From Myxococcota bacterium (GTDB lineage Bacteria > Myxococcota_A > UBA796 > CAJQPC01), in assembly GCA_036229005.1 (NCBI GenBank), contig JAZAMN010000018.1:2377-66376 (forward strand): a DNA stretch of 64,000 nt. Direction: 5' to 3'. The notes beneath the pieces are model-generated. The model was not told where the DNA came from. It saw nothing but the letters and a program-made list of their open reading frames with translations, and made no database searches. Below are positions 36,016 to 44,166 of this stretch, in pieces (positions within the stretch are counted from its first letter, which is position 1; every line of letters starts with the position of its first letter). The position numbers and the translations under genes are program-made.

Positions 36016-37440
36016 TCAGCGCGGACCCGGCGGGGGCTGGAGCTGCTCACCCGGCGGGGGCTGGAGCTGCTCACCCGGCGGGGGCTTGGGCGCCCCACCC
36101 GGCGGCGGAGGCCCCTTGGGTCCGGCGAACTTCACCCCAGGGTGGTGAATCGGGGTGCCCGGCGTGTGCCCCGGCGGCGGCGGCGTGGGGGCGCCAGCCG
36201 GACGCTCCGGGGGGGCCTCTCCGGGCGCCTGCGCGGGCAAGAAGGGCAGGTCCAGGAGCTGCGCGAGCACGGGGGTGACCTGATCGGCGATGGCGCGGTG
36301 CCCACCCGGGCTCAGATGGATGGGGTCGGTGAACCAGCGCACCGGCTCCAGGCCCTGCCCCCGCTCCTGGGCGACGGCGGCCATGTCGACCAGCACCGCG
36401 CCCTCCTCGCGGGCGACGCTGCGGATGATCTCGTTGGAGGGGCGCCCGGCCCGGGTGGCCCAGGGGTCGGTGTCGCGGAGCTCCAGCAGGGTCTCCACCG
36501 CCTCGGGGTGCTCCCGGGGCAGGCCATTCTTGAGGGTGTTGTGGGCCACGTACCAGCGGGCGTCGCGGCAGTCGCTGTCAGCCAGGAGCTGCTCGTCGAC
36601 CCGGGGACCGCTCGCGCGGCCAGGCTTGGCCCCCAGGCCGGCCTGCTCCATCAGCTCGGGGCAGCTCCACTGGGCGCTGGGGGAGCGGGCGTCGGAGATC
36701 ACGGTGACCAGGATCACCTGGACCCCCTGCTGCCTGGCGGCCCGGACCAGCCAGCGCAGGCGCCGCTCGAAGTCCCCGAGCATGGCCTCGCGCTGCACCG
36801 GCTCCATGTCGCCCAAGCGCTCGCGGGCGTTGGCCCCGTTCTCTTCGCCGACGCGCAGGCCGGAGACGGTCTCCTCGCCGCGCTCCATCAGCTCAAAGAG
36901 GCGCGCGCGCCTCAGGATGGCGCGGACGCGCATGGCGCGGGCCGCGGAGGCGGTGGGGACGCTGCCCTCGAACAGCACGTTCCCCAGGTCGTTGTGGCCG
37001 GTGTAGATCACCAGCACGTCGGGCTGGAGGGCGAGCAGCTCCGGGGCCATGGCCCACAGGTGCCGGGTGTCCAGCCCGGGCGCGCCCAGGTTGAGCATCT
37101 CGACGCCCTCCACGCGCGCCGCGGTCAGCCCCGGCATCTCCCGCTCCGGCTTGGAGTCGCCCCGGCCGCCGCGCACGGAGCTGCCGCCCACCCAGATCAC
37201 CCGCGGGCCATCGCCGGGCTCTGCGGGGAAGGGCGGGATGACGAAGCGGTTCTGGTAGGTGGCCTCGATCCGGCCATCCTGTCCTCGCTTGAGCCACTGA
37301 CCGGACTCCCCCGGCGCGGGGATCGTGGCGACGAAAGGTGGGGTCGGCGGTCCCGTGAGCACACGCGCCGCTCCCTCCATCGCCAGCAGGCAGAGAGAGG
37401 AGACGAGCAGGCCCATGAGCAGCTTGCGGAGGCGGCTCAC
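36016..37440 (-). CDS. SGNH/GDSL-like hydrolase with N-terminal anchor and Pro-rich repeat tail
   Basis: C-terminal part of ORF 36016..38769. GTG 37440 overlaps the upstream stop (GTGA). VIWVGGSSVRGG (block I-like) and VIYTGHNDLG (block III-like). Tail is PPPGEQLQPPPGEQLQPPPG. Confidence 0.65.
   Translation of the reverse strand: MSRLRKLLMGLLVSSLCLLAMEGAARVLTGPPTPPFVATIPAPGESGQWLKRGQDGRIEATYQNRFVIPPFPAEPGDGPRVIWVGGSSVRGGRGDSKPEREMPGLTAARVEGVEMLNLGAPGLDTRHLWAMAPELLALQPDVLVIYTGHNDLGNVLFEGSVPTASAARAMRVRAILRRARLFELMERGEETVSGLRVGEENGANARERLGDMEPVQREAMLGDFERRLRWLVRAARQQGVQVILVTVISDARSPSAQWSCPELMEQAGLGAKPGRASGPRVDEQLLADSDCRDARWYVAHNTLKNGLPREHPEAVETLLELRDTDPWATRAGRPSNEIIRSVAREEGAVLVDMAAVAQERGQGLEPVRWFTDPIHLSPGGHRAIADQVTPVLAQLLDLPFLPAQAPGEAPPERPAGAPTPPPPGHTPGTPIHHPGVKFAGPKGPPPPGGAPKPPPGEQLQPPPGEQLQPPPGPR
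36026..36086. repeat. 24-nt tandem coding repeat, about 2.5 copies
   Basis: CCCGGCGGGGGCTGGAGCTGCTCA at 36026-36049 and 36050-36073, plus a partial third copy. Encodes GEQLQPPP repeats at the hydrolase C-terminus. Confidence 0.85.
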
Positions 37441-38876
37441 CAGATCCCCCACATGGGCTTGGGCAGCCAGATCTCGGCGACCGGGTCCTGGTGCACGCGG
37501 CGCCAGCGGCTGGGGTCCAGGGGCGGCGAGGTCTCGGTGGGCCAGACCAGCGCCTGGGTGTGGAACTGGCCGACGGCGCGGTCGAAGGTGGAGAGATCCC
37601 CGGCCTCGCGGTCCAGGAGCAGCGTGGTGACCTGGGGTCCAAAGACCATGCGGCCGTCGGCGAGCACGCGCCCTCCTGGGTAGAGACAGTAGAGCAGATA
37701 GCCGCTCCAGCCGGGGGTTGTGTCCAGCGGGACCCGGAGCTGGTGGGCGCTGAGCTGCTGGCAGGCCTGGACGGGGAAGCGGCCGGGCTCGAGCACCTGG
37801 GCGCGGTCCTCCAGGCTCCAGCGCGGCAGGGTGTGGGCGGCGAGCCCGAAGAAGGCCAGAGCGCCGGCGACGGGCAGCCAGCTCGGGCGCCGCCACAGGG
37901 CCCAGAGCGTGAGGGGGACCAGCGCCAGCCAGGCCCAGCGGGCCATCAACAGCGCCGCGATGCCCGTGCCGAGGGCGGCCAACAGAGGTCCTCGCCGGTA
38001 GGCACGCGCGTGGATCAGGTGCCCGGCGGCCAAGAGGCCAAGCGTTGTACCCGCGAGCATGGCCCACCCAAAGGCCCCCGCCTCCCCATAGGCCCAGGTG
38101 GGCTGGAGCTCCGGGACGAGCTCGGCGGGCCAGCTCCGGTGGGAGGAGAAGGCCCCAATCAGTCCGCGCCGGGCGGGTCCACCTCCCAGACCCACGAGCA
38201 GCCCACCAGCGAGGGTGGATCCGCGCACAAGCGAGGGCCTGTCGACCACCCACGCACCGACGAGCGCGACCCACCAGAGGGCGGAGACGGCGTGCAGGTT
38301 GAACCAGAGGCCCGCCAGCAGCACGAGCATCAGGGGGGTCTGGAGCTCGGCGGCCTTGGACGGCGGGGGCCGCTGGGGGTCCCGCAGGAGCACTGGCATC
38401 AGGGCCAGGACGAAGAGCAGCTCGAAGAGGTGGGGGCGCGCGCGCAGGCGGTCTTCGACCAGGAGCAGGGCCACGCCGAGCATGCCGGCGCTGGGGGCGC
38501 GGGGGAGGCCTTTGGCGCGCAGGGCGGCCATGAAGGCGGCGGCGGTGCTGGTGAACAGCGCCCAGTGGAAGAGCTTGAGGCCCCAGAGGCCGCCCAGGCT
38601 GTCGATGACGGCGACCAGCACCTCGTAGCCCCACTGGAAGGTGTGCCAGGGGGCGGTGGGGTCGGCGGCGGAGAGCACGTCCTGGGTGGGCACCCCGCCG
38701 TCCAGGATCAGGCGGCCCACGACCACGTGCCAGAACAGGTCGATGTCCCAGAGCGGGCGCCAGGCCCACAGCCCCACGAGCAGGGTCGTCAGGCCGACGG
38801 CGAGCCAGTCTCGGCGCTCCGGGTCCAGGGGCTCAGCCCCCCCCGACCGCGCGGACGACCTCGACCCGGTCGCCAT
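37437..38876 (-). CDS. polytopic integral membrane protein (possible GT-C-like)
   Basis: 479 aa with more than 10 hydrophobic helices. The motif DIDLFWHVVVGRLILDGG...W.TFQWGYEVL resembles lipid-linked sugar transferases; not assignable by eye. Confidence 0.6.
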   Translation of the reverse strand: MATGSRSSARSGGAEPLDPERRDWLAVGLTTLLVGLWAWRPLWDIDLFWHVVVGRLILDGGVPTQDVLSAADPTAPWHTFQWGYEVLVAVIDSLGGLWGLKLFHWALFTSTAAAFMAALRAKGLPRAPSAGMLGVALLLVEDRLRARPHLFELLFVLALMPVLLRDPQRPPPSKAAELQTPLMLVLLAGLWFNLHAVSALWWVALVGAWVVDRPSLVRGSTLAGGLLVGLGGGPARRGLIGAFSSHRSWPAELVPELQPTWAYGEAGAFGWAMLAGTTLGLLAAGHLIHARAYRRGPLLAALGTGIAALLMARWAWLALVPLTLWALWRRPSWLPVAGALAFFGLAAHTLPRWSLEDRAQVLEPGRFPVQACQQLSAHQLRVPLDTTPGWSGYLLYCLYPGGRVLADGRMVFGPQVTTLLLDREAGDLSTFDRAVGQFHTQALVWPTETSPPLDPSRWRRVHQDPVAEIWLPKPMWGIW

Positions 38877-39033
38877 CGCTCAGGGGGTGCTCGGCGAGCT
38901 GGGAGCGCGGCACGACCTGCAGGTTCAGGGCGACCGCGACGGCCTCCAGAGGGACCTCCAGCGCGGTGAGGAGCTGGCCCAGCCGGGTGCCGTCCGCGAG
39001 CTCGCGGGGCTCTCCGTTGACGTGGATCTGCAT
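38833..39033 (-). CDS. thiS: ThiS/MoaD-like ubiquitin-fold sulfur-carrier protein
   Basis: ATG 39033 overlaps the pilT stop (ATGA). 66 aa, MQIHVNGEPREL...DGDRVEVVRAVGGG, ending in Gly-Gly. Confidence 0.7.
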   Translation of the reverse strand: MQIHVNGEPRELADGTRLGQLLTALEVPLEAVAVALNLQVVPRSQLAEHPLSDGDRVEVVRAVGGG

Positions 39034-40127
39034 CAGTAGCGCCTCCCACCGGGGGCTGGACGACGGCGGGTGGGGTCGTCCGAGTCGTCGAAGAGCTTGT
39101 GGTTGCCGGTGTACTCGACCGCGTCCTTGCGGTTGATGATGCGGCGCATGGCGAGGTCCTTGAGGCAATCCTCCATGGTCTGCATGCCGTCCTGCTTGGC
39201 GGTCTGCAGGATGGACTGGATCTGGTAGAGCTTGTTCTCGCGGATCAGGTTCCGGATGGCCGGGTTGGCGATCAGGATCTCGTGGGCGGCGATGCGCCCA
39301 TCCCCGGTCTTCTTGCGCATCAGGGCCTGGTTGACGATGGCCATGAGCGAGGCCGAGAGCATGGTCCGCACCTGGGACTGCTGCTCGTGGGGGAAGACGT
39401 CGATGAGGCGGTCGATGGTCTCGGCGGCGGAGTTGGTGTGCAGGGTGCCGAACACCAGGTGGCCGGTCTCCGCGGCGGTCAGGGCCAGGGAGATGGTCTC
39501 CAGGTCGCGGAGCTCGCCGACCAGGATGACGTCGGGGTCTTCACGCAGGGCGGAGCGCAGGGCGTTGGAGAAGGAGTGGGTGTGGGCCCCGACCTCGCGC
39601 TGGTTGACGATGCACTGGATGGGCTGGTGCACGAACTCGACCGGGTCTTCGACCGTGAGGATGTGCTCCTGACGGTTCTTGTTGATGTGGTCGATGATCG
39701 CGGCCAGGGTGGTGGACTTGCCGGAGCCCGTGGGCCCGCAGACCAGCACCAGGCCCTTCCGGTAGCCGGCGATGCGGCGGAAGATGGGGGGCGCCTTGAT
39801 GTCTTCGAGGGTGAGCACCTGGGAGGGGATCTGCCGCATGACCACGCCGACGCCGCGGGCGTGGGTGAACACGTTCACGCGGAAGCGCGCGAGGTTCTTG
39901 AGGCCGATGGAGAAGTCGACCTCCATGTTGTTCTCGAAGGTGGTGCGCTGCTTCTCGTTCATGATCGAGTAGGCCAGCCGCTTGCACGTCTCCCCGTCCA
40001 GCTTGGGGAGCTCGGACATGCGCTCGATGTGGCCGTGGATGCGCAGACACGGGTGCTCCCCCCCCGTGAGGTGGATGTCGGAGGCCCCAACCTTGACGGC
40101 GTGGACCAGCAGTTCGTGCATCTTCAT
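39033..40127 (-). CDS. pilT: type IV pilus retraction (twitching motility) ATPase PilT
   Basis: GPTGSGKSTT Walker A, ILVGELRD Walker B, GHLVFGTLHT, AIRNLIRE PilT signature. Confidence 0.95.
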   Translation of the reverse strand: MKMHELLVHAVKVGASDIHLTGGEHPCLRIHGHIERMSELPKLDGETCKRLAYSIMNEKQRTTFENNMEVDFSIGLKNLARFRVNVFTHARGVGVVMRQIPSQVLTLEDIKAPPIFRRIAGYRKGLVLVCGPTGSGKSTTLAAIIDHINKNRQEHILTVEDPVEFVHQPIQCIVNQREVGAHTHSFSNALRSALREDPDVILVGELRDLETISLALTAAETGHLVFGTLHTNSAAETIDRLIDVFPHEQQSQVRTMLSASLMAIVNQALMRKKTGDGRIAAHEILIANPAIRNLIRENKLYQIQSILQTAKQDGMQTMEDCLKDLAMRRIINRKDAVEYTGNHKLFDDSDDPTRRRPAPGGRRY

Positions 40128-40176
40128 GGGGGGAGGGGCTCCTGGGGTGAGGGGGGAGTTTAGCGGGTGGTGGGGG

Positions 40177-40204
40177 AATCAGGCATCGGGTATCAGGTAT
40201 CGGG
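40177..40204. repeat. heptamer tandem repeat, left inverted arm flanking the four-helix-bundle gene
   Basis: AATCAGGCATCGGGTATCAGGTATCGGG. Its reverse complement CCCGATACCTGATACCCGATGCCTGATT matches the right arm. Confidence 0.8.
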
Positions 40205-40235
40205 AAGGCGCCCGCGCGCCTTGTTTGGGGGGAGC

Positions 40236-40571
40236 ATGCAGGACTTTCGGCGCCTGGAGGTCTGGCGGAAGGCGCACGCGCTGACGCTGCAGGTCTACGG
40301 GGAGACGGTGAGCTTTCCGGTGGACGAACGCTATGGATTGACGCGCCAGATGCGCCGCTCAGCCGCATCCATCGGGACCAACCTGGCGGAGGGCTGCGGC
40401 AGGCGAACCCGGCGGGAGTACGCCCACTTCGTCAGCATTGCGCGGGGCTCCTCGTCCGAGCTCGAGTACCAGATCCTGCTCGCGGCAGACCTGGGGTACC
40501 TGTCCGAGGCTGCCAGCCAGGACCCCTGCTCCCTGACCCCTGCCCCCAGACACCCGACACCTGACCCCTGA
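40236..40571 (+). CDS. four-helix-bundle protein (23S rRNA intervening-sequence protein family), C-terminally truncated or altered
   Basis: MQDFRRLEVWRKAHALTL...YGLTRQMRRSAASIGTNLAEGCGR...ARGSSSELEYQILLAADLGYL matches the family pattern. The expected last helix is replaced by a Pro-rich tail read from flanking repeats. Confidence 0.7.
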   Translation: MQDFRRLEVWRKAHALTLQVYGETVSFPVDERYGLTRQMRRSAASIGTNLAEGCGRRTRREYAHFVSIARGSSSELEYQILLAADLGYLSEAASQDPCSLTPAPRHPTPDP

Positions 40572-40606
40572 TACCTGATACCCGATACCTGATACCCGAT
40601 ACCTGC
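40567..40606. repeat. heptamer (YYGATAC) tandem repeat, right inverted arm
   Basis: CCTGATACCTGATACCCGATACCTGATACCCGATACCTG. Bracketed by direct CCTGACCCCTGCCC copies at about 40533-40546 and 40609-40622. Confidence 0.8.
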
Positions 40607-40642
40607 CTCCTGACCCCTGCCCGCCCTCCCCCGGAGCCGGCC

Positions 40643-41236
40643 GTGATCCTCTACCAAGACCCCCACCTGCTGATCGCCCTCAAGCCCGCCGGGCTGCCGA
40701 CCCAGGCGCCCCGGGGTGGCGGCGACAACCTCTTTGACCGGCTGCGGGCGGCGCACGACTACGTGGGGCTGCACCACCGCCTGGACACGCCGGTGGAGGG
40801 GCTGGTGCTCTTCACCCTGGACAAGGGGGTCAACGCGGCGATCTCGGCGGCGTTCAAGGAGCACCGCATCCACCGCAGCTACCAGGCGCTGGTGGTGGGG
40901 GATCCGGGCCCTCAGGGATCGTGGACCACCCCTCTGGACGGCCAGCCCGCCCACACGGACTATCTACACCTCCCCGCCGGCGAGGACATGCTGCCTGCGT
41001 GGGCCGCGCGCCACCGACCGGGCCGCACCACCGCCCTGGCCATCACGCTGCAGACGGGCCGCACGCACCAGATCCGCCGCCACTGCGCAGACGCCGGCCA
41101 CCCCATCCTGGGCGACCGGCGTCACGGTGGGGCCGCCTCCCGGCTGGCCCCGAACATCTGCCTGCGGGCGGTGGGCCTGCGCCTGACCCATCCGGTGACG
41201 GGCCAGACGCTGGAGCTGCGCGCCCCCCAGGCCTGA
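40643..41236 (+). CDS. RluA-family pseudouridine synthase (short form)
   Basis: GTG start. HRLD catalytic motif (GLHHRLDTPVEG) and GRTHQIRRH. Confidence 0.8.
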   Translation: MILYQDPHLLIALKPAGLPTQAPRGGGDNLFDRLRAAHDYVGLHHRLDTPVEGLVLFTLDKGVNAAISAAFKEHRIHRSYQALVVGDPGPQGSWTTPLDGQPAHTDYLHLPAGEDMLPAWAARHRPGRTTALAITLQTGRTHQIRRHCADAGHPILGDRRHGGAASRLAPNICLRAVGLRLTHPVTGQTLELRAPQA

Positions 41237-41238
41237 GC

Positions 41239-41616
41239 TCAGCGCCTGGCGACCTTGCCCTTGTCGGCCTTGCCCTTGTCGGCCTTGCCCTTGTCGTCCT
41301 CGGGCTTGGGCGGGGGCTCCTCACCCTTGGGGGGCGGCCCATCGGCCTTGGGCGGTGGCTCTTGGGCCTTTGGAGGGGCCTTCTCGCCCTTCTCTCCCCG
41401 CTTTTGGGCCTTCTTGGCCTTCTTCTCGGCCTTGCGCTTCTCCTTCTCGGCCTTGCGCTCTGCCTTCTCGCGGTCCTTGTCGTCCATCTGGTCGGGCCGC
41501 TCTGCGCGGTCCTCGGGGCGCTCGGCCTCCTGCTGGTGCACCTGCGGGGCCGGCTTGGGGGCGGCCTCGGGTGCGGGGGGACGGGCCAGGGCGAGCAGGG
41601 TGATGATGACCTTCAT
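41239..41616 (-). CDS. secreted Lys/Glu/Pro-rich low-complexity protein
   Basis: Signal-like MKVIITLLALA, then KAERKAEKEKRKAEKKAKKAQKRGEKGEK... and DKGKADKGKADKGK repeats. Confidence 0.5.
   Translation of the reverse strand: MKVIITLLALARPPAPEAAPKPAPQVHQQEAERPEDRAERPDQMDDKDREKAERKAEKEKRKAEKKAKKAQKRGEKGEKAPPKAQEPPPKADGPPPKGEEPPPKPEDDKGKADKGKADKGKVARR
41253..41297. repeat. 15-nt tandem coding repeat x3
   Basis: CCTTGCCCTTGTCGG three times in a row, encoding (A)DKGK repeats on the minus strand. Confidence 0.85.
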
Positions 41617-41726
41617 GGTGGGCTCCCTTTGGGTGGGTGTTCGCTGGGTTGGACGCCCCGCCTGTCCTCGCCTTCGGCCCCTTTACACTCCTTGGGAAAG
41701 GACAGGACAGCGCAGGGCGGTGGGCC

Positions 41727-42818
41727 TCAGAGCTCCGCGCCGTAGTCCAGCTCCTTGTCCCGGTACATGGAGTGGTAGTGGGTGACATCGCGCACGATCA
41801 CGCCGCTCTGGCAGCTCAGCTCGATCCACACCCGGGGCCCGTCGATGCGGAAGTAGGTGTTGGAGCTGTCCACGTCGGGGCTGCCGCTGCCGGCCCAGGC
41901 GATGTAGGTGTCGGCCAGGGCCTCCTCGGAGGTGTAGGCCTCCATCAGGGCGTCGGAGATGGCCTCGCCGTTGAAGTCGGTGACCCACTGCTCCAGCACG
42001 GCGTTGAAGAGGGCGAGCTGATCGCTGTCCAGCTCGGAGGCCAGCAGGCCGCTGCGGCTGGAGCCGCTGGGGTAGCTCACGGCGCTCAGGCTGCCGGTGC
42101 CGTACTCGACGGGGCCCAGCAGCACGTCGCCGAAGGTCGAGGAGAGCTTGGCGGTGGAGAGCTGGGTGCTGCTCAGGGAGTCGGTGAGCGCGACGAAGGC
42201 CTCGCCCTCCTCCACGACGGGGGCGTAGGTGACGCCGTCCAGGTCGAAGGCGCTCTTGGGCTCGGCGGCGATGTGGTTGGGGGTGGGGTAGCCCACGCCG
42301 TCCACGAAGGTGACGTTGTAGGCCATGTGGTGGTTGCCGAGCTGCACCATCCAGGAGCCCGTGGTGGCCGGCACGCCGTAGATGGCGATGATGCCCTCGG
42401 CCGAGGCGTAGTTGCTGCCGCCGCCGATCTCCTGGAGGTAGTCGTCGGAGGCCAGGATACCGATGTAGTCCTCGTAGCCCTCGTCGCTGAGCAGGACGGC
42501 GGCGAACGCGTCCATGGCGGCCAGGCTCTCGTCGGACATCTCCCCGCGGGCCAGGCCGGTGCGGCCGGCGGCGCCCAGGGGCAGGTTGGACCACAGGGTC
42601 TTGCTCTCGCTGTCGTCGAAGCTGTAGCCGACGACCTCCAGCTCGCTGTCGTCCAGGGTGGCCAGGAAGTTGTCGGCGGCGCAGACGATGGCTTCGCTCC
42701 CGGTGGCGCTGCTGCAGTCGCTGGTCTCGAAGGTCTCGTCGGTGAGCTCGCTGTCGGAGCCCTTGCAGGCCGTCAGCGCGGCGAGCGCGAACAGGGGGAT
42801 CAGGGGGGACTTGGGCAT
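41727..42818 (-). CDS. DUF3500-family lipoprotein
   Basis: ORF 41727..43376 trimmed to ATG 42818 (MPKSPLIPLFALAALTAC). Body and C-terminus (YFRIDGPRVWIELSCQ...HYHSMYRDKELDYGAEL) fit DUF3500. Paralog of 44167..45393. Confidence 0.7.
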   Translation of the reverse strand: MPKSPLIPLFALAALTACKGSDSELTDETFETSDCSSATGSEAIVCAADNFLATLDDSELEVVGYSFDDSESKTLWSNLPLGAAGRTGLARGEMSDESLAAMDAFAAVLLSDEGYEDYIGILASDDYLQEIGGGSNYASAEGIIAIYGVPATTGSWMVQLGNHHMAYNVTFVDGVGYPTPNHIAAEPKSAFDLDGVTYAPVVEEGEAFVALTDSLSSTQLSTAKLSSTFGDVLLGPVEYGTGSLSAVSYPSGSSRSGLLASELDSDQLALFNAVLEQWVTDFNGEAISDALMEAYTSEEALADTYIAWAGSGSPDVDSSNTYFRIDGPRVWIELSCQSGVIVRDVTHYHSMYRDKELDYGAEL

Positions 42819-42838
42819 CTCGGCTCCAGGGCTGGGGG

Positions 42839-43915
42839 TCAGAGAGGGAGGCGCTGCAGGGTCCAGAGACCGGCAGCGAGGATGGCCATGGCGCTCAGGC
42901 CCAGGCGAACAGGGGCGTAGCGGCGCGTGCGCAGCCACAGCAGGCCGGGCACGACCACGGCGGCGAGCCCGAGCTGGACGGCCTCGACGCCCAGATCGAA
43001 GCCCACCAGGGTCCAGGCCATGACGGAGAAGTCCACGCCCAGGCCCACCAGGTTCTCGGCGAACGCCATGCCGTGAATCAGGCCAAAACCGAGCGCCAAC
43101 CAACGCTCTGCGCGCGACCAGAGCGGGCGGATCGCGTGGACGGCGGCCAGGGCGATGGACAGCGCCACGCACAGCTCCACCCAGGAGGACGGCAGCGCGA
43201 GCACGCCGAAGGCGGTCAGGGCCAGGGTCAGGGAGTGGCCCAGGGTGAACGCGGTGATCAGGCCCAGCACGGAGCGGATCGCGGATCCGGTGTCCTCGCT
43301 GGGGACCCAGGTGCCTTGGTGTGCGCGCACGGGCGCGACGAGCAGGAGCGTCAACAGGAAGAGGAGGTGGTCCCACCCCACTGCGATGTGGGCGGCCCCC
43401 TCCTTGAGCCCGCTGAGCACCAGTCGCCCGGCGCTGGGCGCCTCCCTGGGGAGCTCCAGGTGGTCCGTGGGCCAGCCGATGACACCCGCGAGCTGCGGCT
43501 CCGCGTGGATTACGCCCTGGTTCCAGGGGTCCTGGGTGACGGTGACGTAGATCTTGTGGGTGACGACCTGGTGGAGCACCACCGTGTCATCGACCCGCAG
43601 GCTGCCCAGGGGCGCGCCGTCGGGGCGCTGCAGATCCAGGGAGACCAGCAGGTGGGGGGCCTCGTCGATCTCTCCCCAGCGGATCTCCGGGGGCCCGGCC
43701 TGCAGCGGCACGCCGCCGTCGTCCACCAGAGCAAAGTGCTCCAGGACGTAGGTCTCCAGGTCCAGGGACTCCAGGTCCACGGCCATCTCGAGCTGGTCGC
43801 GGGGGACCTGCATCTCGACATGGGCGCGGTCGGCGTGGAGGGTGAGCTCGACCGCGGAGGCAGCCGCTGGGTGGGCTGCGGCGGGCTGGGCGAGCAGGGT
43901 CAGGGACAGGAGCAT
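42839..43915 (-). CDS. HupE/UreJ-family membrane protein with N-terminal periplasmic extension
   Basis: ORF 42839..44269 trimmed to ATG 43915 (MLLSLTLLAQPAAA). GAAHIAVGWDHLLFLLTLLL signature and 5-6 TM helices in the C-terminal half. Confidence 0.75.
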   Translation of the reverse strand: MLLSLTLLAQPAAAHPAAASAVELTLHADRAHVEMQVPRDQLEMAVDLESLDLETYVLEHFALVDDGGVPLQAGPPEIRWGEIDEAPHLLVSLDLQRPDGAPLGSLRVDDTVVLHQVVTHKIYVTVTQDPWNQGVIHAEPQLAGVIGWPTDHLELPREAPSAGRLVLSGLKEGAAHIAVGWDHLLFLLTLLLVAPVRAHQGTWVPSEDTGSAIRSVLGLITAFTLGHSLTLALTAFGVLALPSSWVELCVALSIALAAVHAIRPLWSRAERWLALGFGLIHGMAFAENLVGLGVDFSVMAWTLVGFDLGVEAVQLGLAAVVVPGLLWLRTRRYAPVRLGLSAMAILAAGLWTLQRLPL

Positions 43916-44119
43916 GATCACGTACCTGGGCTGGGAGGGCAGGTGGTGGGCAAGGGGGGGCTCCGGGGGGGCCCCATGACAGGTCTGGTTCTGCCGGTCC
44001 GAACGGACAGGCAGAAAAGGAGTCCGGCAGAACCCCGGGCCCGAGTGGGCCCGCGGGGGTTGCGCCTTCAGGCGCATTTCCGGGGGTGTCCCCCGGAGAG
44101 AAGATGTAGTTCTCTGGAG

Positions 44120-44156
44120 CACCGGTTCCGACACTCGGAGGGTGTCGAAACCGGTG
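44120..44156 (-). terminator. strong 15-bp hairpin just after the DUF3500 stop (no clear U-run)
   Basis: Minus strand CACCGGTTTCGACAC-CCTCCGA-GTGTCGGAACCGGTG, 11 nt after the stop at 44167. May be a terminator or an mRNA processing/stability element. Confidence 0.35.
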
Positions 44157-44166
44157 ATTCGGAGAA

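Noticed and set aside
43916-44166. Calling the hupE leader a cobalamin or NiCo riboswitch
   Set aside because: I could not identify a B12-box or the conserved NiCo junction by eye. It is reported only as a structured leader that needs a covariance-model scan.
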